A stretch of 63,434 bases of DNA, filler included. It is 16 parts of 16 records of this genome, joined end to end, with 100 filler letters (N's around TTAATTAATTAA, not from the genome) between each part and the next. Parts side by side here need not be neighbours in the genome. Positions count along the whole stretch, not along the records: positions 8,935 to 12,054 come from SRR15195285_18837; positions 12,155 to 15,224 come from SRR15195285_18847; positions 15,325 to 18,843 come from SRR15195285_18906; positions 18,944 to 22,744 come from SRR15195285_18971; positions 22,845 to 28,805 come from SRR15195285_19067; 11 more parts are not named here. One strand, given 5' to 3'. The notes beneath the pieces were generated by a model that did no database searches, was not told the origin of the DNA, and saw only the letters and a program-made list of their open reading frames with translations. Within the stretch, counting starts at the first letter, position 1, and each line of letters starts with the position of its first letter. Below are positions 9,912 through 22,881 of this stretch, piece after piece. A program made the position numbers and the translations under genes.

Positions 9912-12054
9912 TCACTGCAACGTGGCCGCTTGGAGAATCACCCCTCCAATCGCCGCGCCTGCGCTTGTAGCATTGCTGCATGCTACCTCAGCACCATCTG
10001 CAATGGGGCTCCCCGCATCCACCGCGATCGAGTGGAATTGGATATTGCGGGCAACTGTTTTTGCATCCGAAGCTACTTGCGTCCACTGGCCACTGAGCGT
10101 GCGCTTGCCAGCTGGTTTCTTCGCTGACGGGATGGTCAATGTTGCGATAAAGTAGGGGCCCGTTGTCTTGGCCGGCATAGTGTACTCGAACGTGCCGGTC
10201 GCGACGCCGTGCATGCTAAACAGTGTAGCGTTCAGAGTAGCCAAGTTGCCACTCACGCCCATATAGACGTACACGTTAGTAGGAACGTCGACCGGCGGAA
10301 TGTCAACCGTGAAGATGAATCCACCTGGCGGACCTTTTGCCGCTTTGCTCCACACAGCATCCGGCGTGCTCACAGTACTGCCAACTTGTGCTACCGCGGG
10401 TGTGCCCGGTTCGAATCCACCATTGTGCCAAGAGTACATCATCCCGTCGTTGTTGAAGCTTGGCATCGCGCCGTCGGTCACCTTCAGCGGCTGGATCAAC
10501 CTACTCACCTTGCACTTGCGGTTAACAGATTTAGGGTCATTGCCGAGTCCGTAGTGCGTCCAGTCGGATATGCCCACCCCCGACAGGTCGACTTCGCCTT
10601 TCTTTTGAGGTGAGACGGCTCCGCACAAGGCCTTGGAACATGGTACTGGTACAGGAGGTGCAGGTGCTGGTGGCGGTGGCGGGACTGGTAGATGTAACGC
10701 TGAGACTTTCACCATGAGGACTGCATCCGGATTTTCCGCTTTGAAAGCTAGCTCCCACCTTAAGTTGAACGGGATCTTCTGTGCAATGTCTAACGCCGTA
10801 GCATTTACATGCTCTTCGAACACCGTGGTTGCATCACCATCGATCAACATGGCGCTGATGGCTGCGGCTGCCGCGACTGAGCCTGCATATACCATAAGAC
10901 TCGAGCGCGTCGTCGAGCTTGCAGACACATTGAATAGTATGCCGTCTGTTCCATTTGCAGTGCAGCTACCCATAGACGTGGTGCCTGCAGACCAGATGAA
11001 GGTCGACTGTGTGCCGTTGCATGGCACCAAAGCATTACCTACCGCGCCAGAGACTGCCTCAGAAATTCTCCGCCGACCATCGTCAGAACGAGCAGACTGC
11101 GCGCCTCCCCACACAATCCACTCTTCCGGTCCTGACTCAGGGAGCTGGACTCTGGCAGCAGGCGCGTTGAAGCGCCCACACAGTGGCTTGTCGCCACAAT
11201 CTAGAGGTTTGTCCGTGCCAGGGACATCCGCCGCACAGCGAAATCCGACCGTGCCGGCTCTTTCATATCGGGAGTTCATGAGAAAATACTTGTTGTGCAC
11301 GAGGTTGGTGGTCATTCCACAATGGCCGGTGGCACAATTCCCATCCGTGAGCGGAAAGTACCAGATCGAGCTACTTGGTCGATAGTTGCTGCCGCCCCGC
11401 AAGATTACTGATCGCGTGTGTGTATCTTCATACTCGTCCGTCATTTGCCAGACGTTCCCAACCATGTCCAATATGCCGAACGGCGACGCACCAGCAGGAT
11501 AGCTTCCGACCTTCTCCGGCCCAGGGAACACGGTGCCGGTGCGCTGCGGTGGAGCAAGTTTGTTCGTCTCGTTTGGTTCTGTAGATCCCCAAGGGTATGT
11601 CTGTGTGCTGTCGCCACCACCACTGGCAGCGAACTGCCACTCTTCTTCGTGTGGAAGACGTTTGCCTTGACTGGTACAGTATGCCTTAGCTTCAGCATAT
11701 CCAACATAAGTCACAGGAAGTGTTTCATTCCCGGGGTAAGGCTTCGGCTTACTCTCATCGCTCCAGTCCCAATTCTTGAGATAATGATATCGATCGGTGG
11801 GAATTTGATCTGGATGATTGTTCAGGTACTCGACGAAGTCGCCGTGCGTGACTGGAGTTGTATCGAGCCAAAACTCTGGGACGTTCACCCACTGCGTGTG
11901 GTAACGATTGGGCTGCGACTCCCACTCGTACTGAAAGTCCACGCCGAAAGGGTTTACGGTGAAACTCCGGGGATCGCCAACGGACCCAGAGCCCTCGATC
12001 TCGATCCCCTTCACTGAGAATCGCAACGGACCGCCCGGAATCTTTGTCATATCA
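9912..12054 (-). CDS. FGE-sulfatase (SUMF1/EgtB/PvdO-type) domain protein with two C-terminal repeated domains; 5' truncated
   Basis: PVTYV...A.AYC...GKRLP.EEEWQFAA, YPWG, SPFGILDMVGNVWQ, RGGS and VGFRCA motifs. The ORF is open to the contig end. Confidence 0.85.
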
Positions 12055-12154
12055 NNNNNNNNNNNNNNNNNNNNNNNNNNNNNNNNNNNNNNNNNNNNTT
12101 AATTAATTAANNNNNNNNNNNNNNNNNNNNNNNNNNNNNNNNNNNNNNNNNNNN

Positions 12155-12241
12155 TGTGGCTGGAGCGGCTGATTCGGGCTGCTGTGGTGGGCTTTGCCGG
12201 GTCTTGTTGCTGCCGGGAATTCGGCGGGAATTCCAACTTGC
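12155..12241 (+). repeat. Left terminal inverted repeat (87 nt)
   Basis: TGTGGCTGGAGCGGCTGATTCGGGCTGCTG...GGGAATTCCAACTTGC matches the reverse complement of 15138-15224 with 5 transition mismatches. Confidence 0.97.
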
Positions 12242-12267
12242 CCACGCTAGCTTTCGCTTGCTGCCAA

Positions 12268-14874
12268 ATGGAGCGTAGGCAATCCGCACGCCTGTGTCAA
12301 GCGTGCTCGAACCCCCAAAGCCATAAGCTTAAGCATGTGTGTGGCAAGGGACGTGGCAAGCGTTCCATGGATGATGTGGTGGAGCCAGCGGCCCGGCGGC
12401 AGCGTTCTGGTGACCAGTCCTGTGAGGTGGTGCCAATGCTACCTGAGTTGCTCGGTTCCGCGAGTGATAAGTTTGCGCTACTGAACAAAAGCGATTACGT
12501 GATAGGAAAAGAGGTGTTTGTCGATGGGTCCAACTCCCATTGTGATGGTGGGCATGGCAAGATTGTATCGCTCAAGCCACGTGCAGGAACGGCACAGAAC
12601 CGTGTGCAGGTAAAGTTCTGCGCAACGGCGAAGTCAGCTTGGGTGTCTCATGGGTCATTGCTCTTGTGGGATAGCGACACAAATGGACCAATGCTGCGAT
12701 CCAAACGACGCGCTGCTTCGCGCGATCCATGCGATACTCCACACGCTAAGCGTGCACGGGGTGGTGCATCTACGGCAGTCAAGCGTGACAGCTTGACGGG
12801 CGACAAAATGGACGGTGTCAATGCTGCATCTGTGCCTGATACGGAGATAAAACGCGACAGCAGCGACAGTAGTTCATGCACCACACGTAGGTTCGATGAG
12901 AATAAGATTGAGATTGAGCTCCAAGTGTGGGCCTGTGGAGAAGTTACATTTCGACTCCACATAAAGGGATCACATCTGGCGGTGCGACACAATCAGAACC
13001 TGGCACGAACGAAAGAGATGTTAGCTGCGTGTCTAACTGTAGTGGTGCCACGATTGCAAAAGATAGCTGATGCCATGTCGTTGCCAAACATTCACGTGTG
13101 GGCAATTAGCTTGCGATGGGCTAGAGCCGAGTTTAAGAATGTGTTCAGGTCCTGCGGGGACTTTCGCAGCATTGGGGTCTCTGCTGCCAAACGAATGACT
13201 GCAGCGAATATTAGCGAGTGGTATCGCGAGGAGACATTACACACGTGGTCATTGATATGCACATCGTGTATGTCTCAGGTTGCCAACACTAACCAACCAC
13301 ACCTGCAACAATTGTATTCAGTCACGGACGAAAACATAAGCTCGGAAGCAATCCAGCGTCGCAGAGAGGATGATTATAGAGCCAAGAAGAACATTCGCCA
13401 TGCAGCCATGCGAAAACACAACCAGGCGATTCTTCGAGTGTGGTCTAGCACACAGTGTATTGTCAGTGCCAACGTCAACTACGCTAGCAGAGGAGCGTAT
13501 CAAAGAGATCGACTCACTAACCGTCATCATGTCGCTGGAAAGGCTCGTCGAGTGTTGTTCCGTGGTGGCTGCAGTGATGTCTCCGTCCCAGTACGCATGA
13601 CTGCGCGCAAGCAGAAAACAGCAGAGGAGCCATCTGCAGCAGCACCAACAGGCACATTGTATGAGCAGCGCATGGCAGCAACGGCAAAAGTAGGCAATGC
13701 GTACGGGAATACTGCCCTCGCAACCCCGTTTCCGGCGCAAACCAAGCGAAATTTGCACACGTACAGCACCACTGCTGCAAAGCATGGCAAGCAATACCTC
13801 ACGAAGGTCAACAATAGCACGGTGCTCGGCATTGGTGCTGTGACACAGACCCTGCACAGCGAGGTAAAAGCGCATGCAGGGGACACACCTACTGTACTCG
13901 AGTCCATCGGCTCAAAATGGAGCTCAAATCTGCCCACTGGCCTCTATGCCCTGATCGTTGAGCCAGAAGCACTCTTGATCGAAGTCACCGACTCAGGAGC
14001 AGGCTCTCGATTAGCGCATGCATGGGTGATGCCAGTTGGCACGGTGAAGGCGATGGTGTCAGAAGTCACCATGGCCGCTTGGGCTGACTTCGTTGGCCCT
14101 CAAGATGTCGAGGACGCAACGCTCCAGGCTAAGACAAACGGTGCGCGGCCGATTGATGTCTGCGTGTGCGATCAGTTCGCGTGCAGCCGTTGCAGCCACT
14201 CCAAGCTCTTTTCGGGTGTGGATACTGAGAGAATGCCTGCAGCATTCCGGCTTGGTGAATCAGCAGACCAACAGCTAGCAAAGAATGCAAAATGGGCTTG
14301 GCAAGACCGCAAGCGAGCGTGGAAAATTGTGCACAGATGTTTGGAGCAGGAGTACCAGGCTTGTATGGAGGCGCTGCCTGCTGCTTCTGTCAAGTTGAAG
14401 CCAGATCAGCAAAAGCAGCTAGAGGGAGCCGTGTCTTCTGAGACAGTGCTGCCCATTTTGCGCAGAAACTGTGGGGAGGACTGGCTCAAGAACGCTGGCT
14501 TCGGTGGCGATGAACCTGAGGCAAGCAAGCGCATGGAGGGGGTGATTCGGGGCTGGTTGAAACATCAGCTCGGCGTCGACCCGAAGAGCACTCGCAAGAA
14601 GAAGGGACTAGCAGTCGATTTGCACAAGCAGTGGGATCGAGGCGTACCAAGAGTGTTCCAGAGCCAACAAGTAATGGCGCGCTGGACCGATGGCCGCGGG
14701 AACGTGTCCACTGCGCCATGGAACGGCCACTATAGAGCGCAGGTCGTTGGGGACGCGATCTCCGGACAGTATCGACTGCTGTTCGCCCCCCATGACGGCC
14801 ACCCAGCGCAAGAGCATCCATGTGTGCCGATCGAGCACATCGATCATAGAGATCCTCGAATTTGGGATGAATGA
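12268..14874 (+). CDS. Hypothetical 868-aa protein with a CxxC..H...H.C motif, Tudor/PWWP-like barrels at both ends and a CxC..CxxC motif
   Basis: Uninterrupted ORF; first ATG about 27 nt inside the left TIR's inner edge. Motifs CQACSNPQSHKLKHVCG, VQVKFCATAKSAWVSHGSLLLW, CVCDQFACSRC and VMARWTDG...HYRAQVVG...YRLLF. Confidence 0.75.
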   Translation: MERRQSARLCQACSNPQSHKLKHVCGKGRGKRSMDDVVEPAARRQRSGDQSCEVVPMLPELLGSASDKFALLNKSDYVIGKEVFVDGSNSHCDGGHGKIVSLKPRAGTAQNRVQVKFCATAKSAWVSHGSLLLWDSDTNGPMLRSKRRAASRDPCDTPHAKRARGGASTAVKRDSLTGDKMDGVNAASVPDTEIKRDSSDSSSCTTRRFDENKIEIELQVWACGEVTFRLHIKGSHLAVRHNQNLARTKEMLAACLTVVVPRLQKIADAMSLPNIHVWAISLRWARAEFKNVFRSCGDFRSIGVSAAKRMTAANISEWYREETLHTWSLICTSCMSQVANTNQPHLQQLYSVTDENISSEAIQRRREDDYRAKKNIRHAAMRKHNQAILRVWSSTQCIVSANVNYASRGAYQRDRLTNRHHVAGKARRVLFRGGCSDVSVPVRMTARKQKTAEEPSAAAPTGTLYEQRMAATAKVGNAYGNTALATPFPAQTKRNLHTYSTTAAKHGKQYLTKVNNSTVLGIGAVTQTLHSEVKAHAGDTPTVLESIGSKWSSNLPTGLYALIVEPEALLIEVTDSGAGSRLAHAWVMPVGTVKAMVSEVTMAAWADFVGPQDVEDATLQAKTNGARPIDVCVCDQFACSRCSHSKLFSGVDTERMPAAFRLGESADQQLAKNAKWAWQDRKRAWKIVHRCLEQEYQACMEALPAASVKLKPDQQKQLEGAVSSETVLPILRRNCGEDWLKNAGFGGDEPEASKRMEGVIRGWLKHQLGVDPKSTRKKKGLAVDLHKQWDRGVPRVFQSQQVMARWTDGRGNVSTAPWNGHYRAQVVGDAISGQYRLLFAPHDGHPAQEHPCVPIEHIDHRDPRIWDE

Positions 14875-15137
14875 AGTCTCATTGGTCACACATAGCGCGT
14901 TGCGCCACAACGCTAACAAACTGTTGCATGCAAAGCACAGGCACATGGTTATCAACCCAGCAACAACAACCCAGATACACACACCCACACACATTTGCGG
15001 ACACACCACTGTGCCATCAACTAACGCTGCGAATCGGACTTTGTACGTCCATTCTCCTCCATACTTCATGGCCCACCGTCGTGTCGCAACAGTGTAAGCA
15101 AGCACGCAACCATACCGTAAACGAGGCAGCGACAGCA

Positions 15138-15224
15138 GCAGGTCGGAATTCCCACCGAATTCCTGGCAGCAACAAGACCCGGCAAAGCCCACCGCAGCAG
15201 CCCGAATCAGCCGCTCCAGCCACA
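15138..15224 (-). repeat. Right terminal inverted repeat (87 nt)
   Basis: Reverse complement of 12155-12241; ends ...CCGCTCCAGCCACA at the contig end. Confidence 0.97.
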
Positions 15225-15859
15225 NNNNNNNNNNNNNNNNNNNNNNNNNNNNNNNNNNNNNNNNNNNNTTAATTAATTAANNNNNNNNNNNNNNNNNNNN
15301 NNNNNNNNNNNNNNNNNNNNNNNNCCGAAATTTGCATGGGGGGCACCAGATGCACAGGCCGTTTAATCAAGGTGTGTACCCACGCGCCCGCGCGGCCGGC
15401 CGCCGGGCGGGGGCTGTATGAGTGTACCGTGGGTACTCTACCGGTAGATCTAGCTATGCTAGTATGTGTCGTCGCGCGCGCGGTCGTCGCGCGTCCGCGT
15501 CCATGCACGGAGCTGGACCACGGCGACAGCGGAACTGGCGGCCTGTTACGTTGCTACTCGCGCGTGCGGTGCCGGTATACATGTACGTGCTCACAAAGGC
15601 GTGGGTGCGTGGCACGCCTCGCAATCCGCCGTCGATCTCGTATCATCGATCCCGACTCGGGCGTGTACACGCAGCACACGCAAACACTGTGCGACTTCCG
15701 GCTGAGCGCTACTCTCTCGCCCTGATGGCCAGTGCGCCGATGTGACTTGCAAGGAAGGACGCTCAGTGGGCATTATTGTGTACTCAGCACTCTCAGCTGA
15801 CGGAGCTGGGCGCACAGACGGCACGGTTCACTGGCTTGGCGTGCGGTGTGCGCACTGTG

Positions 15860-17035
15860 ATGAAGTGTTGTGCCAAGCCAGCGGGTCAACGTCGTGCAGA
15901 GTCGCCCGCAGTCTCGCCAGCTTCCAAGTCGCATACCAACGCCGGCAGTGCGGCTGCGAAGACAACGGCAACAGCACCGACTAACGAGTTGGCAAATCGG
16001 CAGAACTTCAGTAAGCGAGGGGACACTACTGCAGCAACGGTGGCGACAACTGAGGGCGAACTTACCGACCCGAGCTCCAAGATATCTGCACCCGTGCCCG
16101 AGCCTGAGCCCGAGCTTGAGCCCGAGCCTGAGCCCAATGAAGTGGCCACAGCCGACAAGGCCTGCCCGGGCTCGGAGGAAGGCGTGCCCTCGGCCAGGCC
16201 AGGTCATAATGTGGTATTGGACTCGGTGTATGGCAATGTCAAGCGCAAGGAGACGAGTAGGCCGTTTGCAGAGGCTAACGCTGGTCTCCAGGAGTCTGAT
16301 GTGTCGACACCACCGGGGCGTGAGAAAGTGAAGGCAACCTTGGCAGCCGACCTGCCTCCAGGAACCGACGAGGCGGTTGCACACACCTCGGCCTCAGTAT
16401 CACAGCTAGATGCCGGAGCAGGAGAACAGCGACAGGTGGCTGTCGCGAATTCGACGAAAGAGAGAACGCAGCAGGCCCAGGCGCCAGACAGCTCGGAGGC
16501 CAGTGAACGACGCACATCACCCGACCGTGACGTCCAGAAGGCGTCGACAATGGAGCAGTGGGTGAATCATACCGAGCTAGCGGAGGAGCTTCGGGAAGCT
16601 GCGGCAGCGAATGAGACGCTACGCTCGGAGAACACGCATCTACAGACCCAATTGGAGACGATGGATTTGCTATACCTGCATGCTAAAAAGCTCGTGAAGG
16701 GTGGCAGTGCAGGGGCGCCTACCTCTGGCGACTCAGCGCGCACCATCGACCCTGGTCTAGATGATGCCGTCGTCAAGCTGCAGACCACAGGCAGCCCGGA
16801 GGCTCGTGAGGCTCGCGAGGCCACTGAAAAGCATACACTAGCCACATATGATGCCCAGGAGGCGTCGACAATGGAGCAGTGGGCGGATCATACCGAGCTG
16901 GCGGGGGAGCTTCGAGAAGCAGCGGCAGCAAATGAGACGCTACGCTCGGAGAACGCGCATCTACGGGCTCAGTTAAAAACGATGGACTTACTATATCTGC
17001 ATGCTATGGACTTCATCAAAAACGATAACCCGTAG
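15860..17035 (+). CDS. Low-complexity protein with a duplicated coiled-coil module
   Basis: Long ORF with an EPEPE tract and two copies of ASTMEQW..HTELA.ELREAAAANETLRSEN.HL..QL.TMDLLYLHA. Confidence 0.6.
   Translation: MKCCAKPAGQRRAESPAVSPASKSHTNAGSAAAKTTATAPTNELANRQNFSKRGDTTAATVATTEGELTDPSSKISAPVPEPEPELEPEPEPNEVATADKACPGSEEGVPSARPGHNVVLDSVYGNVKRKETSRPFAEANAGLQESDVSTPPGREKVKATLAADLPPGTDEAVAHTSASVSQLDAGAGEQRQVAVANSTKERTQQAQAPDSSEASERRTSPDRDVQKASTMEQWVNHTELAEELREAAAANETLRSENTHLQTQLETMDLLYLHAKKLVKGGSAGAPTSGDSARTIDPGLDDAVVKLQTTGSPEAREAREATEKHTLATYDAQEASTMEQWADHTELAGELREAAAANETLRSENAHLRAQLKTMDLLYLHAMDFIKNDNP
16534..17006 (+). repeat. Direct duplication of about 150 nt (16534-16685 and 16855-17006) within the CDS
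   Basis: Two high-identity copies offset by 321 nt, in frame. Confidence 0.9.
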
Positions 17036-17274
17036 AAATGGTACGCTACGTATCGGCCCTGTGGCGAGCATGCTTCATGGGTAGTGGCGGCTCTGTCCGC
17101 GCCATAGGCTTAAGATGCGCATGGCCTTTCTATGACGACAGGTAGACGGCATGCAGTTTAGTATGGAGGAATGGACCCGTGTTTGAGCTCCTCCGCAGAT
17201 AGTTTACGCGGGACTTGAGAACAGGGCCTACAGCAGCGTTCGCAACAGGCGCGAGCTTACTGACTCGATCAGCT

Positions 17275-18118
17275 TCACTCCTCCGCGTCTGCTGTCGGTA
17301 GCGCTGCCCCCGGCGCTGGAGACAGAGAAGCTGTCGGAGGCACCGACGCGATCCGCACGCGGCCGCTGTCCGGTCCGTCAAGCGTCATGATCTCCGCGTG
17401 AGACCAGTCTGGCCCTGCGGTTGCCGCAGTGACTGAGCCGCTGTCAATGCTAGCAGCTGCCTCAAAGAGATGCGCGAGCTCTCTCTCCCAAATCTCTTCC
17501 CCCTGGTATCGGCGGCAGGTCAGTGCAGTAATATCAATGCGCACTGACAAGACTGCTGGAAGTGAGAGGCGCTGTTCACCTTCGCGCGTTGACTCTCGGA
17601 GATGTGGACGCGTCCAGAGTTGCCGTTCATGAAGACCCCGCACAGACTCGACTTGTCGTTCCAGTTGTCCTTACGCTCGCCACGCCTTGCTCGCACTCGA
17701 CCTTCCATCTGGGCTTTGGTGTGCATGCCTCCGCCGACAACCGCTCCAGAGTCTTCATCTTCATCATCGTCTTTGTCATCATCTGCTCTGGATCGAACCC
17801 GGGAGTGTCCCTTGCTGCCGAGGTCAGCCTCCATGGCTGACACAGTTATCTTTCGGGCGCGCGGCGGAGAGCCGTCGTCACCCCCCTCGCCCTTGGGCGC
17901 GTGCATCTTCGTCCCCGAGCCGCCCGGCTCAGGGGCAGCTGGACCGGCTGAGGTCGCGGGGCTGAGATCGCAGACGGATTCCGGGGCGCTGCTATAGCAC
18001 CAAATCGCAGATGTCAGAGCTGATGTGACCGTACACGGGAATGAACATTTGACGGCAGAGGAGGAGGTAGGGCGTACCCGTGAGAAGGCAGGAGATGTGA
18101 CTGTAAGTCAGCGAGCAT
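17275..18118 (-). CDS. Hypothetical protein, multi-exon
   Basis: Coding-like segments (DDEDEDSGAVVGGG..., YQGEEIWERELAHLFEAAA) separated by GT-AG-like introns; start uncertain. Confidence 0.4.
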
Positions 18119-18943
18119 GGTTGGTCGGTACGTGGCTGATGTCAACGTGGACAACTCGAGGTCCACCCCACTGAAGGCCTATCTGTTGCCCAGGAGGCTA
18201 CGTACAACTGTCCAAGGGGACCCGGTTGCGCTGTGCTGCTCGCGGGATATGAGCGCTCTGAGACACAATGTAGGGCGGAGGAGACCGTGGATCCAGCTGC
18301 AGATCTGTACTGAGTAGGCGTCTTGGTTGCGTAGCTGACGGAGGGGTTCTGCGAGTCAAGTGCACCGGCTGCAGCACAGCTTCAGCAGGGGCCGATTTTT
18401 CTGCCCAGGATGGACAAATCGCTCTCCAAAGAATCTCCGGTGCCTAAACCAATTGACTACGGTACCGAGTATCGAGAGTACAGTATGAACTATTCGAACT
18501 ATGATATCGTACCAGACTATCGATATCGTAATTCGTATTGATCAATCGAAGCACGCTTTCATTTTTTCAAAATACATGAAGCTGAATACACCGGGTATTG
18601 ATATACCTGGGTACTCGAGTCTAGGCGTACTGTACTATAGAGTATAGTATTCAGAGTAGTCCGGCTTGATCAATCCGGCGGGTAGATCAGCTACACCGCG
18701 TAGTCACTAGATCTAGTAAGTAGTATCCGGGTGTGTACAAACAGATTTAGCCAGGGGAAGTCCGCACCCCAGACCCCGAGGGGGCCTGAAAAACACAATA
18801 AAAATCCTCCATGGAGTAGTAGAGAAAAGGGGGGTTCTGGCTCNNNNNNNNNNNNNNNNNNNNNNNNNNNNNNNNNNNNNNNNNNNNTTAATTAATTAAN
18901 NNNNNNNNNNNNNNNNNNNNNNNNNNNNNNNNNNNNNNNNNNN

Positions 18944-22361
<3,418 letters not shown>

Positions 22362-22391
22362 CCGCAGCGAGGCGAGCTTTGCTCTCGGCCT

Positions 22392-22520
22392 CAGCCAGCC
22401 AGCCCAGCGCTGCTCACACGGTAGCGCCGCCAGCCCAGCCAGCCCAGCGCTGCTCGCACAGCAGCGCTGCCAGCCCAGCGCTGGCCACACGCAGCCAGCC
22501 AGCCCAGCGCCGCCTGGCAC
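22392..22520 (+). repeat. Degenerate tandem repeat (CAGCCAGCCCAGCGCTG units) upstream of the AAA ATPase start
   Basis: About 4 copies of agcccagcgc(t/c)g with cagcc stutters. Confidence 0.7.
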
Positions 22521-22881
22521 TGGCAGCGCGAACGTGCGTCACAGGCGGGGTCAGGACCATGCTAATATCAATAGTGGGATGCGAAACAAACCAGCGGCTC
22601 TGGGCGGTCCGCGGATCTGTGTGCATTTATGGGTGAGTTCTACTAGGATGCGAGAGAGCATGAGGACGAGCATGAGGACAAAATCGCGTTTACAATTCTG
22701 CATTCTGGGCACTTCAGAATTCAGAATTCCAAACCAACTCCTCANNNNNNNNNNNNNNNNNNNNNNNNNNNNNNNNNNNNNNNNNNNNTTAATTAATTAA
22801 NNNNNNNNNNNNNNNNNNNNNNNNNNNNNNNNNNNNNNNNNNNNGTGTGTGTGTGTGTGTGTGTGTGTGTCGGGAGATCTG

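Larger units (their letters stand above)
12155..15224. mobile_element. Inverted-repeat-bounded element (candidate DNA transposon or linear element) carrying one long ORF
   Basis: The whole contig is bracketed by 87-nt inverted repeats (82/87 identical) starting TGT and ending ACA. It contains a single intronless ORF. Confidence 0.65.

Noticed and set aside
22845-22870. Microsatellites at contig ends (GT, GCC, CAG, CAACAG, GAGCCA) as telomeres
   Set aside because: The unit differs at each end and several are inside coding sequence; they explain assembly breaks.
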